A stretch of 64,000 nucleotides of DNA from a virus. The notes beneath the pieces are model-generated. The model saw nothing but the letters and a program-made list of their open reading frames with translations. It was not told the origin of the DNA and made no database searches. Shown here in pieces: positions 52,177 to 61,789 of the stretch. The DNA lies in IMG/VR virus record IMGVR_UViG_3300048834_000128, positions 1 through 64,000 of that record; one strand, written 5' to 3'. Each line of letters begins with the position of its first letter. Within the stretch, counting starts at the first letter, position 1. The translations under genes were made by a program, and so were the position numbers.

Positions 52177-52728
52177 ATGGCAACATTCGGCAAAACGGCA
52201 ATAGGAGGAACCACGGGAGGTACATTTACGGACCAATCCTATGTGGGAACATGGTTTACCGCACCAGAAGACGGAACGATAACCAAGATTTGGTTCTATG
52301 CACAGGTTCCCTTTGCAGGGTCTCCCGTGGACTTCAAGACCGCTATATATAGCAGGTCGAGCAATCTACCTCTGACATTATTGGCATCAAGTGCGGGAGT
52401 GGGGAGTATTCCATTGGCGTTCGCTTGGGCGTCATGTGACATAAGTTATGTGATGACAAACGGGGAGGAACTCTTTCTTTCGGCATGGGTCAATGATGCC
52501 TATGACATAAAGTATGATTCGGGAACCACCGACCAATCGTTCGAGAAGTACAATCAGACATACCCGACATGGATTACACCTATCAACACGGGAGCGGATT
52601 TCAACGCCTATACCACGGAAGTGTCAATCTATGCGGAATACACTCCTGCAGGACCACCATCCCCGTTCGGAACACCTTCCATAAGAGGGATACAGGTAAT
52701 CAAAGGAATACAAGCAATCAAATTTTAA
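52177..52728 (+). CDS. Virion fibre-associated beta-sandwich protein
   Basis: Position; ATFGKTAIG...VSIYAEYT. Confidence 0.6.
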   Translation: MATFGKTAIGGTTGGTFTDQSYVGTWFTAPEDGTITKIWFYAQVPFAGSPVDFKTAIYSRSSNLPLTLLASSAGVGSIPLAFAWASCDISYVMTNGEELFLSAWVNDAYDIKYDSGTTDQSFEKYNQTYPTWITPINTGADFNAYTTEVSIYAEYTPAGPPSPFGTPSIRGIQVIKGIQAIKF

Positions 52729-52729
52729 T

Positions 52730-53323
52730 ATGGGAACAAAAAACGCATTAGATATCAGTGTTACAAGACAATCCGTACCGAGTTCAATAACAAGGGCGGG
52801 TTCGGCAGACGGACTTTGGCCCGTAGAAATGATTTCGGTACTTCAATCGGATTTTACACTGAGTGCCGCATCGGGAGTGCAGACCGCATTCTCGTCGGGG
52901 CAAGACGTAATCACATTGGAAGGGTCCACTACCTATGAGTTTTGGGGTCAGTTCGACATCACCTGCGGAACTACAACGCATACTACGGCAATAGCATGGC
53001 TCGCAGGGTCGGGGCTTACGATAAATTGGATAAACTATCAGACAAGGGCGTGGAACTCCGTTGCCAATACGGTTGCCACCGCTACTCAGGGTACATGGAT
53101 TGACAGGCTTGCATCAACGGTAGTGACATCGACGGCTACGACGGCAGGTAATCATATAATGTTCAGAGGATTCATAAATGTAAATGCAGGCGGAACACTG
53201 ACTCCTCAGATAGCCTTTTCTGCCAATCCAACGGGAACCAACCTCATGAAGGCGGGCAGTTTCTTCGCATTCAAACCCGTAGGAACTAATACAGTTACCG
53301 TTACATCACCTTCAATAGCGTAA
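52730..53323 (+). CDS. Fibre-tip/BclA-like C-terminal domain protein
   Basis: T/S-rich beta protein, AGGTLTPQIAF...KAGSFF. Confidence 0.55.
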   Translation: MGTKNALDISVTRQSVPSSITRAGSADGLWPVEMISVLQSDFTLSAASGVQTAFSSGQDVITLEGSTTYEFWGQFDITCGTTTHTTAIAWLAGSGLTINWINYQTRAWNSVANTVATATQGTWIDRLASTVVTSTATTAGNHIMFRGFINVNAGGTLTPQIAFSANPTGTNLMKAGSFFAFKPVGTNTVTVTSPSIA

Positions 53324-55584
53324 TGAGAGGCATCTTTTCCATAATAGGGGCGAATGCAGGGAGTGCGACTCCACCCGACCCCGACACCTATACATTGAGT
53401 GCCGAATCGACGACAAGTGCGGGAGTGTATAAGGACGGGGACTTGGTAAGGACTCTTTGGAGTAATGTGGTGCAGGGTGCGGGAACGTATGCCAAACCTA
53501 CTTGGGATGGGGATGATGACAACGGCAATCCCGTTACATTACCTGCCACAATAACGGTTATGGCGAACCGAATGACCTACCAATGGCATGCAGGTATCGG
53601 AAATACAAGTACCGAAACGGAAGGACCTAACAAGATACGTGCATTAAGGCAGGTATGGGATTCTGTCACTTACGGGGATTATCTTTATAATGTGACGGGA
53701 TTCGTAGAGGGCAATTCACCGATATTCAAAGTTGATTACACTACCGACATCAACTACATGATACCCGTTCTACCGACCTCTAACCATGACGTGGTGTTTG
53801 AAATCAACTATCTATGCAGGGACGCTTCAAAGATGTATTTTGCAGGATTCGACGCATACGGATATCTTGCCGCAAATGCAATAGACTCATGTATCTATGC
53901 GATAGAACTGCCTTCGGAAGCAAAGTTCACATTCTCGTCAGGCACGACCGTCCAGCCCGCACTTGCAGACGAAACATTCAGTTGTACGGCACTCGTATAT
54001 GACGATTCGACCGCAAGAATAACGGGCATGGCGGTACATCAGACGGGTGCGTTTCTCTACATAACGAGGGGTGCTCAAAACAGACTCGAACTTTATAATA
54101 AGAATACGGGAGGAGGAGGTTCGCTAATCAACTCGACTCCCATGACAGACCTTTCCATTGACGGAAATGTACTTTGGGCTATAAGCGGAAGCGACATTAT
54201 CAAATGGAATATCAATGCACTTAACGGACTTATAACTTCGGCAGGAGTCACCATTTCGGCAACCAATCCCACAAGGATACATGCTTCGGGAGGTAACGTA
54301 TATGTTATTGAAGCGGACACCATGCAGGTCAAGGCATACAATTCTTCAGGAGTGCTTCAATGGACATTCGGGCAGTCGGGAGGTTATACCAACGCACCAT
54401 TGGCAGCAGATGACAAGTTCCACTTCATAGATTCGGTAGACCTGTTTGCAAGGGGAGTCATTACCACAGATTCGTCAAGCGGAGATATTTGGATTGGAGA
54501 CACAGGCAATAACCGAATGATGAGATACGATTCGTCAAGGACATTGCTCGATAGTTTCTCATACCTGCCTATGAATTACAATGCTGCTGCCGACATTAAC
54601 GACGGGCAGAGGGTATTTGCCTTGTTTCAGGAGTTTGACGGCATTACCGAAGAGTTCGTCGCCAATTGGGAAGCCAACCTTTGGGCACAGGTGGACCCTA
54701 CCGACTACATTCAGATGGACAGGCGTAACGTATTCAGGAACACTTGGACAATCGACGGGCATACCTTCGCTACGATAGACAATTATTCGGATGGCGGAGG
54801 GCTGAGGTTCCCCGAAGTGGTGGAACTTACAAGCACGGGCATAAGACTCACGGGAATAAATTGGGATTACTTCTCAATGGATATCGTCGAACAGAACGGA
54901 GATATAATCAGTTTCCCTTACAATGAATCGACGTCAGGAACTCAGAACCTTACAAGACAGGTCTACACGGGATTGGATGGCAGCGATAATCCTCAATGGA
55001 ACGCACCGACCACCATATCTTCCGTGCCACTTGCATTAGATACTCCGACTTGGAGTAACGGGTCAAGACCTTCTTCTAAGGGAGTCATACTCTCACCTGC
55101 TTGGCAGAACGGAGGCAGACACTTCGGTAGATATGCCGACGGATCGTGGAAATGGATGGTAGGCCCGAGTACTGCCGAAAGTTATTCAGGACCATGGTTG
55201 ACTGACGGAACATTCGATTGCGGCAATGACATTCCTGCGTTCGGAGGTTATGCAGGTTGGGATAGGTATGCTTGTGACGACATGGAAGTATGGAACTACA
55301 TCGGGGAAGGTTGGAAACAGAATCAGGTAAACAAGTGGACATTGTACCACGACACGGGACTCATGCTTATGCAATTGGGCAAGACAGGTCCCGAAGCACA
55401 GATAGATTCAGGAACAGACGAAGCACCTGCACAGGCGGCAGGAAATGCGATTGCAGGTCGATTTGTCAAGATAGGCACTAAATATTATATCTTTCATTGC
55501 GACGAATCAAGGCATGGAGCGGTTCACAGGTTCGAGATAGACGGATATTCTACCATTCAGACGTTCGATTTTGTAGAGACATAA
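53323..55584 (+). CDS. FlgD-Ig-like + NHL/beta-propeller protein
   Basis: TSAGVYKDGDLVRTLW...TWDGDDDNGNPV; IWIGDTGNNRMMRY. Confidence 0.7.
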   Translation: MRGIFSIIGANAGSATPPDPDTYTLSAESTTSAGVYKDGDLVRTLWSNVVQGAGTYAKPTWDGDDDNGNPVTLPATITVMANRMTYQWHAGIGNTSTETEGPNKIRALRQVWDSVTYGDYLYNVTGFVEGNSPIFKVDYTTDINYMIPVLPTSNHDVVFEINYLCRDASKMYFAGFDAYGYLAANAIDSCIYAIELPSEAKFTFSSGTTVQPALADETFSCTALVYDDSTARITGMAVHQTGAFLYITRGAQNRLELYNKNTGGGGSLINSTPMTDLSIDGNVLWAISGSDIIKWNINALNGLITSAGVTISATNPTRIHASGGNVYVIEADTMQVKAYNSSGVLQWTFGQSGGYTNAPLAADDKFHFIDSVDLFARGVITTDSSSGDIWIGDTGNNRMMRYDSSRTLLDSFSYLPMNYNAAADINDGQRVFALFQEFDGITEEFVANWEANLWAQVDPTDYIQMDRRNVFRNTWTIDGHTFATIDNYSDGGGLRFPEVVELTSTGIRLTGINWDYFSMDIVEQNGDIISFPYNESTSGTQNLTRQVYTGLDGSDNPQWNAPTTISSVPLALDTPTWSNGSRPSSKGVILSPAWQNGGRHFGRYADGSWKWMVGPSTAESYSGPWLTDGTFDCGNDIPAFGGYAGWDRYACDDMEVWNYIGEGWKQNQVNKWTLYHDTGLMLMQLGKTGPEAQIDSGTDEAPAQAAGNAIAGRFVKIGTKYYIFHCDESRHGAVHRFEIDGYSTIQTFDFVET

Positions 55585-55604
55585 TATTGTCATACATTTG
55601 AGGC

Positions 55605-56762
55605 ATGAACGAACCTAAATTCTCAATAGTAATGATTGCCAAGAACGAAGCGAACGTGCTTGGCAGATGCCTTAACTCACTTTCAAACTTCATTCAAAGG
55701 GGTGGAGAAATAATCCTATGTGATACGGGGTCTACCGACAATACGATTGCCATTGCCCACCAATACGGATGCAAGGTGATAGAATACTCAGGTGCCCGAA
55801 AGGAACTCAAACGTGCAGACGTGGAGAACATCAATTTCCTATCAAAGAGATACGACGAAGATAAGATTGCCGAATACGGAGACTTCATCTTCGATTTCTC
55901 AAATGCCCGAAACCATGCCACCGAACACGCCAAGAACGACTTCATAATCAGTCTCGACGCCGACGAGGTATATGCCACATTGGATATTGACGCCATTAAC
56001 TCACTTATTGACAATGGTGCGAGAAACATCAGTTACGACTTCGTATTCTCTTTCAGACCCGATGGGACTCCCGACGTTCAGTTCGTGCAATCAAAGGCAT
56101 TTGACAGAAGATACTTCAAGTGGGTCAATGTAATTCACGAGGTATTGCAGGGCGAAGGTCCGACCATTTACGTTCCATCGGAAACCATAAGACTCGAACA
56201 TCATCAGGAGGCAGGGAAGGAACATCGTACCAACTATATCAAAGGTCTTGCATACGACCATCTTTGCAACCCCAAGGGTGACAGAAATGCACACTACTAC
56301 GCAAGAGAACTCATGTACACGGGCAGATACCGTTGGGCGATTGACAGATTCAGACACCACCGAAACCTCAACGCTTGGGACTTGGAAAGGAATCAGAGTC
56401 TTATCTACATGGGCGACTGCTACGGATACATCGGAAACCAACCTATGCAGGAAGCATGCTATCTCGACGCCATAAAGGAACTCGCAACCCGAAGGGAAGG
56501 ACTTATAAAACTCGCTTGGTTATATTACTCTCAGAAGAAATACCGTCACGCCATCATATACGCAACGGGTGCACTATCCATTCCTTGGACAAGTTACTAC
56601 TCGAACCGTGCATCACACTATAATGAGGAACCTTACGAGATACTCTACCTGTCATACGGATGGCTCGGAGAAATACCAAAGGCTAAGGACTTCTGCCAAA
56701 AGTGTATCGAACTTTGCCCCGACTCAGAGAAGTTCAAAGACCATCTGAAATACTATCTATAA
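55605..56762 (+). CDS. GT2-family glycosyltransferase with TPR C-terminus
   Basis: SIVMIAKNEANVLGRCL, DTGSTDNT, FDFSNARN, SLDADE, IHE; helical TPR-like tail. Confidence 0.9.
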   Translation: MNEPKFSIVMIAKNEANVLGRCLNSLSNFIQRGGEIILCDTGSTDNTIAIAHQYGCKVIEYSGARKELKRADVENINFLSKRYDEDKIAEYGDFIFDFSNARNHATEHAKNDFIISLDADEVYATLDIDAINSLIDNGARNISYDFVFSFRPDGTPDVQFVQSKAFDRRYFKWVNVIHEVLQGEGPTIYVPSETIRLEHHQEAGKEHRTNYIKGLAYDHLCNPKGDRNAHYYARELMYTGRYRWAIDRFRHHRNLNAWDLERNQSLIYMGDCYGYIGNQPMQEACYLDAIKELATRREGLIKLAWLYYSQKKYRHAIIYATGALSIPWTSYYSNRASHYNEEPYEILYLSYGWLGEIPKAKDFCQKCIELCPDSEKFKDHLKYYL

Positions 56763-56790
56763 CAACATAAGGATTTTGTCGTTAAATTTG
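56761..56790 (+). promoter_or_regulatory. Late promoter AACAAC-N16-TAAATTTG
   Basis: Consensus match. Confidence 0.75.
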
Positions 56791-56812
56791 CCTGTATCAA
56801 ACAGACAAAATA

Positions 56813-57352
56813 ATGAGCAGCATCACGAAGAATTTCGCTAACCATATCCTCATTCAAGGGGACAACATGACTCAACCTGCAATATTTACCAATTCGGCAG
56901 ATGCAGTCTGTACCTATACCGAAAACTCGGTCACTCTTTCTTTCGGCAACAAGGGATTCATATTCTCCTCCGATTGGGGCATTTCAACCCACGGGGCATT
57001 GACCGAAGTTCTTACCGTCGATGTTTCGGCATGGGACCCCGTTGATATCGCAACACTTATTAACACCAACGTGCTTACCGAAGACCGTGCATCAGGCGAC
57101 CCTGTGATTATCGCAGACACTACCATGGTGCCAGGTCAGTTCACCGTAATCGAAGCATTAAGCGATACGGTTCTCGACGTTTCCGACTCCGCAGCAACGG
57201 TGGAAGTGGATGGTTCGGGGGATCCTATCACGACATTGGGCGATTATGTAGGACAGACAATCCCTAAAGGTGCGTTCGTCTACGGAAAGTTCACTCAGAT
57301 ACAACTTGTAAGCGGTGCTGTAAAGGCATACTCTAACCTTTCAAACGTATAA
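56813..57352 (+). CDS. Virion structural protein
   Basis: TIPKGAFVYGKFTQIQLVSGAVKAY motif of small capsid-associated proteins. Confidence 0.6.
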   Translation: MSSITKNFANHILIQGDNMTQPAIFTNSADAVCTYTENSVTLSFGNKGFIFSSDWGISTHGALTEVLTVDVSAWDPVDIATLINTNVLTEDRASGDPVIIADTTMVPGQFTVIEALSDTVLDVSDSAATVEVDGSGDPITTLGDYVGQTIPKGAFVYGKFTQIQLVSGAVKAYSNLSNV

Positions 57353-57358
57353 ATCTAA

Positions 57359-58252
57359 ATGACCAAGGGCATCAGTATCGGACCCGGCATTGGTCCTCTA
57401 TATCCGCATAACCGACCTTACGATGGCAACCCTTTCATGGTGGCATCAGGAGGAACCGTTACCGAGGATGGAGATTTTAAGATACATACATTCCTTACTT
57501 CCGACGACTTCATTGTTTCCAATTTGGGAAGCACGGGAGAAGTCGAGGTATTGCTTGTTGCAGGTGGTGGTGGTGGTGGTTCTCCGAACTCATCAACATC
57601 TGCAGGTGGAGGAGGTGCGGGTGGAGTACTTCATCTCGCATCGGAAATACTCGGCGGTTCAGGTACATACCCCGTCGTAGTTGGTGCAGGAGGTACCGCT
57701 ACATTATTCTCAAACGCGCCATCAGGACAAGGAGGTCCAGGAGGTAATTCAACATTCAATAGCAACACTGCAATAGGTGGTGGTGGTGGTTCAAGGTTTG
57801 GAATCGTAGGAGGGAACGGAGGTTCAGGCGGTGGAGGGTGTTATACATCCCCTGCAGGAACGGGCACGGTCGGTCAGGGCAACAACGGAGGTCCTAATAT
57901 AGGAGGTGGCGGAGGTTGCGGTGGCGGTGGTGGTGGTGCGGTCGGTTCATCTCATTCAGGAGGCTCGGGAGGTAATGGCGGAAATGGTGTTTCAAACTCC
58001 ATCACGGGAAGTGCCGTAACATACGGTGGTGGTGGTGGTGGTGGAACATACAATAACGCCACGGCAGGAACGGGTGGAACGGGTGGTGGTGGAGCAGGAG
58101 GCAGTTCATCCACTCTTAACGGGACTGCAGGAACAGACGGACTCGGAGGCGGTGGCGGTGCCGGTGCGAACACGGGAGGAACCAATATCGGAGGAGTAGG
58201 CGGTTCAGGAGTGGTAATCATAAGGTATCAGTTTCAAGATTCAACCCCATAA
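57359..58252 (+). CDS. Glycine-rich (polyglycine) fibre/receptor-binding protein
   Basis: IHTFLTS...EVLLVAGGGGGG...GGSGVVIIRY. Confidence 0.85.
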   Translation: MTKGISIGPGIGPLYPHNRPYDGNPFMVASGGTVTEDGDFKIHTFLTSDDFIVSNLGSTGEVEVLLVAGGGGGGSPNSSTSAGGGGAGGVLHLASEILGGSGTYPVVVGAGGTATLFSNAPSGQGGPGGNSTFNSNTAIGGGGGSRFGIVGGNGGSGGGGCYTSPAGTGTVGQGNNGGPNIGGGGGCGGGGGGAVGSSHSGGSGGNGGNGVSNSITGSAVTYGGGGGGGTYNNATAGTGGTGGGGAGGSSSTLNGTAGTDGLGGGGGAGANTGGTNIGGVGGSGVVIIRYQFQDSTP

Positions 58253-58629
58253 TGGCAAAAACATACTGCATAGTGAAGGATGGTGATATTGTGAACGTAA
58301 TAGTCGCATCCGAAAGATTCATTACCAAATACGCAAGGAGGAACACCGACGTAAAGGCGATTGAGAATACCGATACCAAAGTCGGGATGGTAGGAGGTCT
58401 TTATGATGAGAAATCCGATAGGTTCATTCCTGCCAAACCATATAAGCAATGGGTTCTTGACGAAAAGACCCTCAAGTGGAAGTCCTCAAAGGAAGTTCCC
58501 AAAGACAACAAGGAATACGTTTGGGATGAGAAACTCGACAAGTGGGAGGATATTGACGCCTACAAACTGAAATACAAGAACGACAATACGAAACCTGACA
58601 AGGAAGACGTTAAAATCAAACCGAAATAA
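58252..58629 (+). CDS. Partner/chaperone of glycine-rich fibre
   Basis: IVNVIVA...YDEKSDRFIPAKPY..WVLDE.TLKW...YVWDE. Confidence 0.65.
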   Translation: MAKTYCIVKDGDIVNVIVASERFITKYARRNTDVKAIENTDTKVGMVGGLYDEKSDRFIPAKPYKQWVLDEKTLKWKSSKEVPKDNKEYVWDEKLDKWEDIDAYKLKYKNDNTKPDKEDVKIKPK

Positions 58630-58671
58630 TCCTATATTTGCAAAATCAAACAATTTAAAACCCTATAAATC

Positions 58672-58917
58672 ATGCAACAATACATCATCTGGTGGCAACC
58701 GACCAAAGAAACAGACTTGGTGAATGAGTTTCCTGAACTCGATACAACCAACGCAACATACGAAGAACCGACCGTCGCTTGGGAGGATGGATACAATTGG
58801 GTCGAGCAGGACTTGACTCCAGAACAATTCGTCATAGTGGATAATGCCGCTAACCAATTGATCGCGATTGATGTAAAACCGTCTCCACATCCACCTTATT
58901 CACCGACAGGCAGATAA
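58672..58917 (+). CDS. Small acidic hypothetical protein
   Basis: Promoter TATATTTG at 58633; ORF track. Confidence 0.6.
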   Translation: MQQYIIWWQPTKETDLVNEFPELDTTNATYEEPTVAWEDGYNWVEQDLTPEQFVIVDNAANQLIAIDVKPSPHPPYSPTGR

Positions 58918-58923
58918 TCTGAC

Positions 58924-59376
58924 ATGGGCAATCAACTGAGAAAGTTTATGTGGAATCTGATAGTAAGGGACATTTGGCACAAGTACAATTGTTTCGGTGT
59001 CACCAATGCACGGAAAATCAATTCCATATTGCTCATGTGTATCATACCTTCGGCAATGCTATGTTACCTTATCATGTACTATCTTCTACCTGCAAAGGCG
59101 GTCGATGCACAATGGTACACGTATTTCATAACCAAGGCGGCACAGATGATGGCGTTCTCGTTCATCTCCTACTCATACTTCAAGGATTCACGTGATGCGG
59201 GGATGGCTACGGCGGTAATGGTATATTGCGGAATCAACTTCATTTCCGACGTGTTCGGATTCCACCACAAGATGTTTTGGTTCAACGCAATGGCATATCT
59301 TTTCTTCGCAGCAATGAGCCTATATATTATAAGAGATATTTGGCACAGATGCAAGAAAGATGAAGATGACCGATAA
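58924..59376 (+). CDS. Multi-TM membrane protein
   Basis: About 4 hydrophobic helices. Confidence 0.7.
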   Translation: MGNQLRKFMWNLIVRDIWHKYNCFGVTNARKINSILLMCIIPSAMLCYLIMYYLLPAKAVDAQWYTYFITKAAQMMAFSFISYSYFKDSRDAGMATAVMVYCGINFISDVFGFHHKMFWFNAMAYLFFAAMSLYIIRDIWHRCKKDEDDR

Positions 59377-59692
59377 ATACTTTGAAATACTGTCTTCATA
59401 CTTAGGCATCATTACATGGTTCATCATATTGATCGCTGCCAAGATAAGCCATGTGGCAACACGGAAGAAGCTCACACGCAGTCAGCTCGTCGCCAATATC
59501 CTCTATGCACTCATAGGTGGAGTACTTGCATTTTTCGGCACCGCAACCCTTCAGCAGAACATAAGGATAATAGCGGTAGGAGTGGGAGTCCTCGCAGGAG
59601 ACGTGATAGTGGAGTGGATACCGAGCAATTTCAAGGGATTATTGGACACGGCAGGAACCGTCGTAAAAAAATGGTTGTCCAGAAAGAAATAA
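59360..59692 (+). CDS. Second holin-like membrane protein
   Basis: 3 TM segments, basic C-terminus. Confidence 0.5.
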   Translation: MKMTDKYFEILSSYLGIITWFIILIAAKISHVATRKKLTRSQLVANILYALIGGVLAFFGTATLQQNIRIIAVGVGVLAGDVIVEWIPSNFKGLLDTAGTVVKKWLSRKK

Positions 59693-59740
59693 TTACATAC
59701 ATTCGCATTCTCATTGTATTCAGTTTTTAAAGTTTGTAGA

Positions 59741-59770
59741 AAGACCCTCATTGATTTGTAGGGTCTTTTT
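59741..59770 (+). terminator. Intrinsic terminator
   Basis: AAGACCCT...AGGGTCTT + T. Confidence 0.75.
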
Positions 59771-59820
59771 GCTTATAAAATAAATTTGGACATTATATAC
59801 ATTTGTAATACATTCGCAAA

Positions 59821-60048
59821 ATGAATATATTTAAAAGGAGAGTCAAAAAGAAAATCAGTTTTATTAAAACGGTTGAACTCAAAAGTGCGAATAGTTGGGA
59901 TACTTCCTATCATACAGAGGTAAATGGTCGCTATGTATCCAATAGCGTATCTCACAATAAAGAACAAGCGGAATCAATCTTTGAAAAAGTATTGGAACTG
60001 CATGGGACAACAAAAACCAAAGAAGTGTTAAGAGAAGAATATCGGTAA
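59821..60048 (+). CDS. Hypothetical protein (leaderless)
   Basis: Promoter-like TACATTCG at 59809-16. Confidence 0.6.
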   Translation: MNIFKRRVKKKISFIKTVELKSANSWDTSYHTEVNGRYVSNSVSHNKEQAESIFEKVLELHGTTKTKEVLREEYR

Positions 60049-60416
60049 TGCCTAAGCAATGTCAGCACGAAGGGTGTACCAACCCGATATTCTCCCACGG
60101 ATTCTGCCGTTGGCACCAAGGATATAGAACCGACAAGAAACCCAAAAGAATCAATCCCATATCGGAGAAACTCGCTGAGAACCTGAAGGTCTACAAGGCG
60201 GTTAGGGAGGAGTTCCTCTCAAGACACCCTCTCTGCCAGGCAAAGATAGCAGGATGCACAAGGGAGTCGGTTCAGATCCATCACAAGAAAGGTAGAATAG
60301 GCGAACTTCTCACAGACAACCGATACTTCCTCGCGGTCTGCCACAACTGCCACCACCATATCGAACTCAATCCAATCGAAGCAAAACTCAACGGATGGTC
60401 ACTCGATAGGTGTTAA
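60048..60416 (+). CDS. Small Zn-finger HNH nuclease
   Basis: CQHEGC...FCRWH; HPLCQ...QIHHKKGR...AVCHNCHHHI. Confidence 0.8.
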   Translation: MPKQCQHEGCTNPIFSHGFCRWHQGYRTDKKPKRINPISEKLAENLKVYKAVREEFLSRHPLCQAKIAGCTRESVQIHHKKGRIGELLTDNRYFLAVCHNCHHHIELNPIEAKLNGWSLDRC

Positions 60417-60444
60417 CAACGTATCGTTTTTATTCCTATTTTTG
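60415..60444 (+). promoter_or_regulatory. Late promoter AACAAC-N16-TATTTTTG
   Basis: Consensus match. Confidence 0.75.
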
Positions 60445-60487
60445 ACACATTATTTAATTTAACTTAATTTAAAAACAAACAAACATC

Positions 60488-61066
60488 ATGTCACAAATTT
60501 CATTAACCGTAGTGCAATCAGGCACAAAATTGCTTGACACTCCATCCGTGCTTTCATTGAACTCTTTTTGGTTCAACCTTCTGACTGCCGATACTACCGT
60601 GTCAGGCGCAAACTCTAAAATAGAATATCATCGCTCGGGACCTGCCGGTGGAAGTTATTTCGTCTACTATGTGAGTGAAACCGTAACTGAAATCGAAGCA
60701 CTTGTAAACGGCGCAAGTCCTGCATTGACCAATAGGGTCGCTGTATCAATCCCTGCCACCGCAACGATGGCTGAGGGAGATTTGGCCAAGGGATATGTCG
60801 TAACCACGTCAGCCGCAGCCACAACAATCACAACCCGTACATTTGCACAGATATCTGCAGAGCTTGGTGCTGAAGCAGGTGCTACTTATGATTGGGTTTT
60901 AAATAATGTTGGCGGCGCAAACACCGTGACAATTACTCCAGGTGCGAATATCACTGCAGCAAGTGCGTTGACAGGTGGTACTGACATGACCGTCGCAAGT
61001 ACAGAGTTAGCGGTATTCAGAATTACATTCGCAGCCTCCTCTGCAACAATCGCAAGACTCGTGTAA
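60488..61066 (+). CDS. Probable capsid decoration protein
   Basis: A/T-rich beta protein with own late promoter, strong leader and terminator. Confidence 0.55.
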   Translation: MSQISLTVVQSGTKLLDTPSVLSLNSFWFNLLTADTTVSGANSKIEYHRSGPAGGSYFVYYVSETVTEIEALVNGASPALTNRVAVSIPATATMAEGDLAKGYVVTTSAAATTITTRTFAQISAELGAEAGATYDWVLNNVGGANTVTITPGANITAASALTGGTDMTVASTELAVFRITFAASSATIARLV

Positions 61067-61097
61067 GTATCCTTTTATTTTCTATATTCATTCAGAG

Positions 61098-61123
61098 AAC
61101 CCTTGCGAAAGCAGGGGTTTTTT
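61098..61123 (+). terminator. Intrinsic terminator
   Basis: AACCCTTGC-GAAA-GCAGGGGTT + T. Confidence 0.85.
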
Positions 61124-61137
61124 GTTATACTTGCAGT

Positions 61138-61308
61138 ATGAATATAGTTAATTTAGAGGGCGAAGAATGGCGTCCAGTAGTAGGCTATGAAGGTCTGTAC
61201 GAAGTATCTAATTTGGGTAGGGTTAAATCTCGTGATAGAAGAGTAAGGTCAAAAGGAAATTTAACTCAAATGAAAAAAGGGGTGCTAATGACTCCTTATT
61301 TAAACAAT
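61138..61308 (+). pseudogene. NUMOD4-HNH endonuclease, 5' part (interrupted by IS)
   Basis: EEWRPVVGYEGLYEVSNLGRVKS; continues in frame at 63749 once the IS and one TSD are removed. Confidence 0.9.
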
Positions 61309-61330
61309 GGTAACTATATACAAGATTAAC

Positions 61331-61789
61331 CTAAATATTTCCTTGATTTGCCCATTTTTGAAATTCTCCCATATTAAAAACCTTCAATAAATTGTTGCCT
61401 ACTTGACCTCTAAGCCATATTTCAGCAGATTGCTTATAACCTCCACCATCTAAAAGCACTATTACTTGGTGAGGGTGTTTCTGTTGAATATTCAATACAA
61501 AGTATGGAAACTTTTCATCGACCGATCCGCCACTCTGTTGCCACTTACTTTCTATAATCAAACAATTTACCCATTTTTCAGGATGAAACAAAACGAAATC
61601 ACAATACATTGGAGTTCCGTATATACTTGCTCCTATATGAAATTGCCTTGAATAAATTGGCTGATTAAGATAAGTTGCAACCTTGAATTTATCTCTTGGA
61701 ACATACTGATATTCCTTTTCAATTAATCTGTCTTCAATGAACTTTTCTAATCGTGTCCCCGTGTAATTTGACTGGTTCTTTTCTTTCAT
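61331..61789 (-). CDS. PD-(D/E)XK nuclease, probable type II restriction endonuclease
   Basis: YCDFVL...IIESKWQQSGGSVDEKFPY; coupled to MTase; stop lies inside TIR. Confidence 0.75.
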   Translation of the reverse strand: MKEKNQSNYTGTRLEKFIEDRLIEKEYQYVPRDKFKVATYLNQPIYSRQFHIGASIYGTPMYCDFVLFHPEKWVNCLIIESKWQQSGGSVDEKFPYFVLNIQQKHPHQVIVLLDGGGYKQSAEIWLRGQVGNNLLKVFNMGEFQKWANQGNI

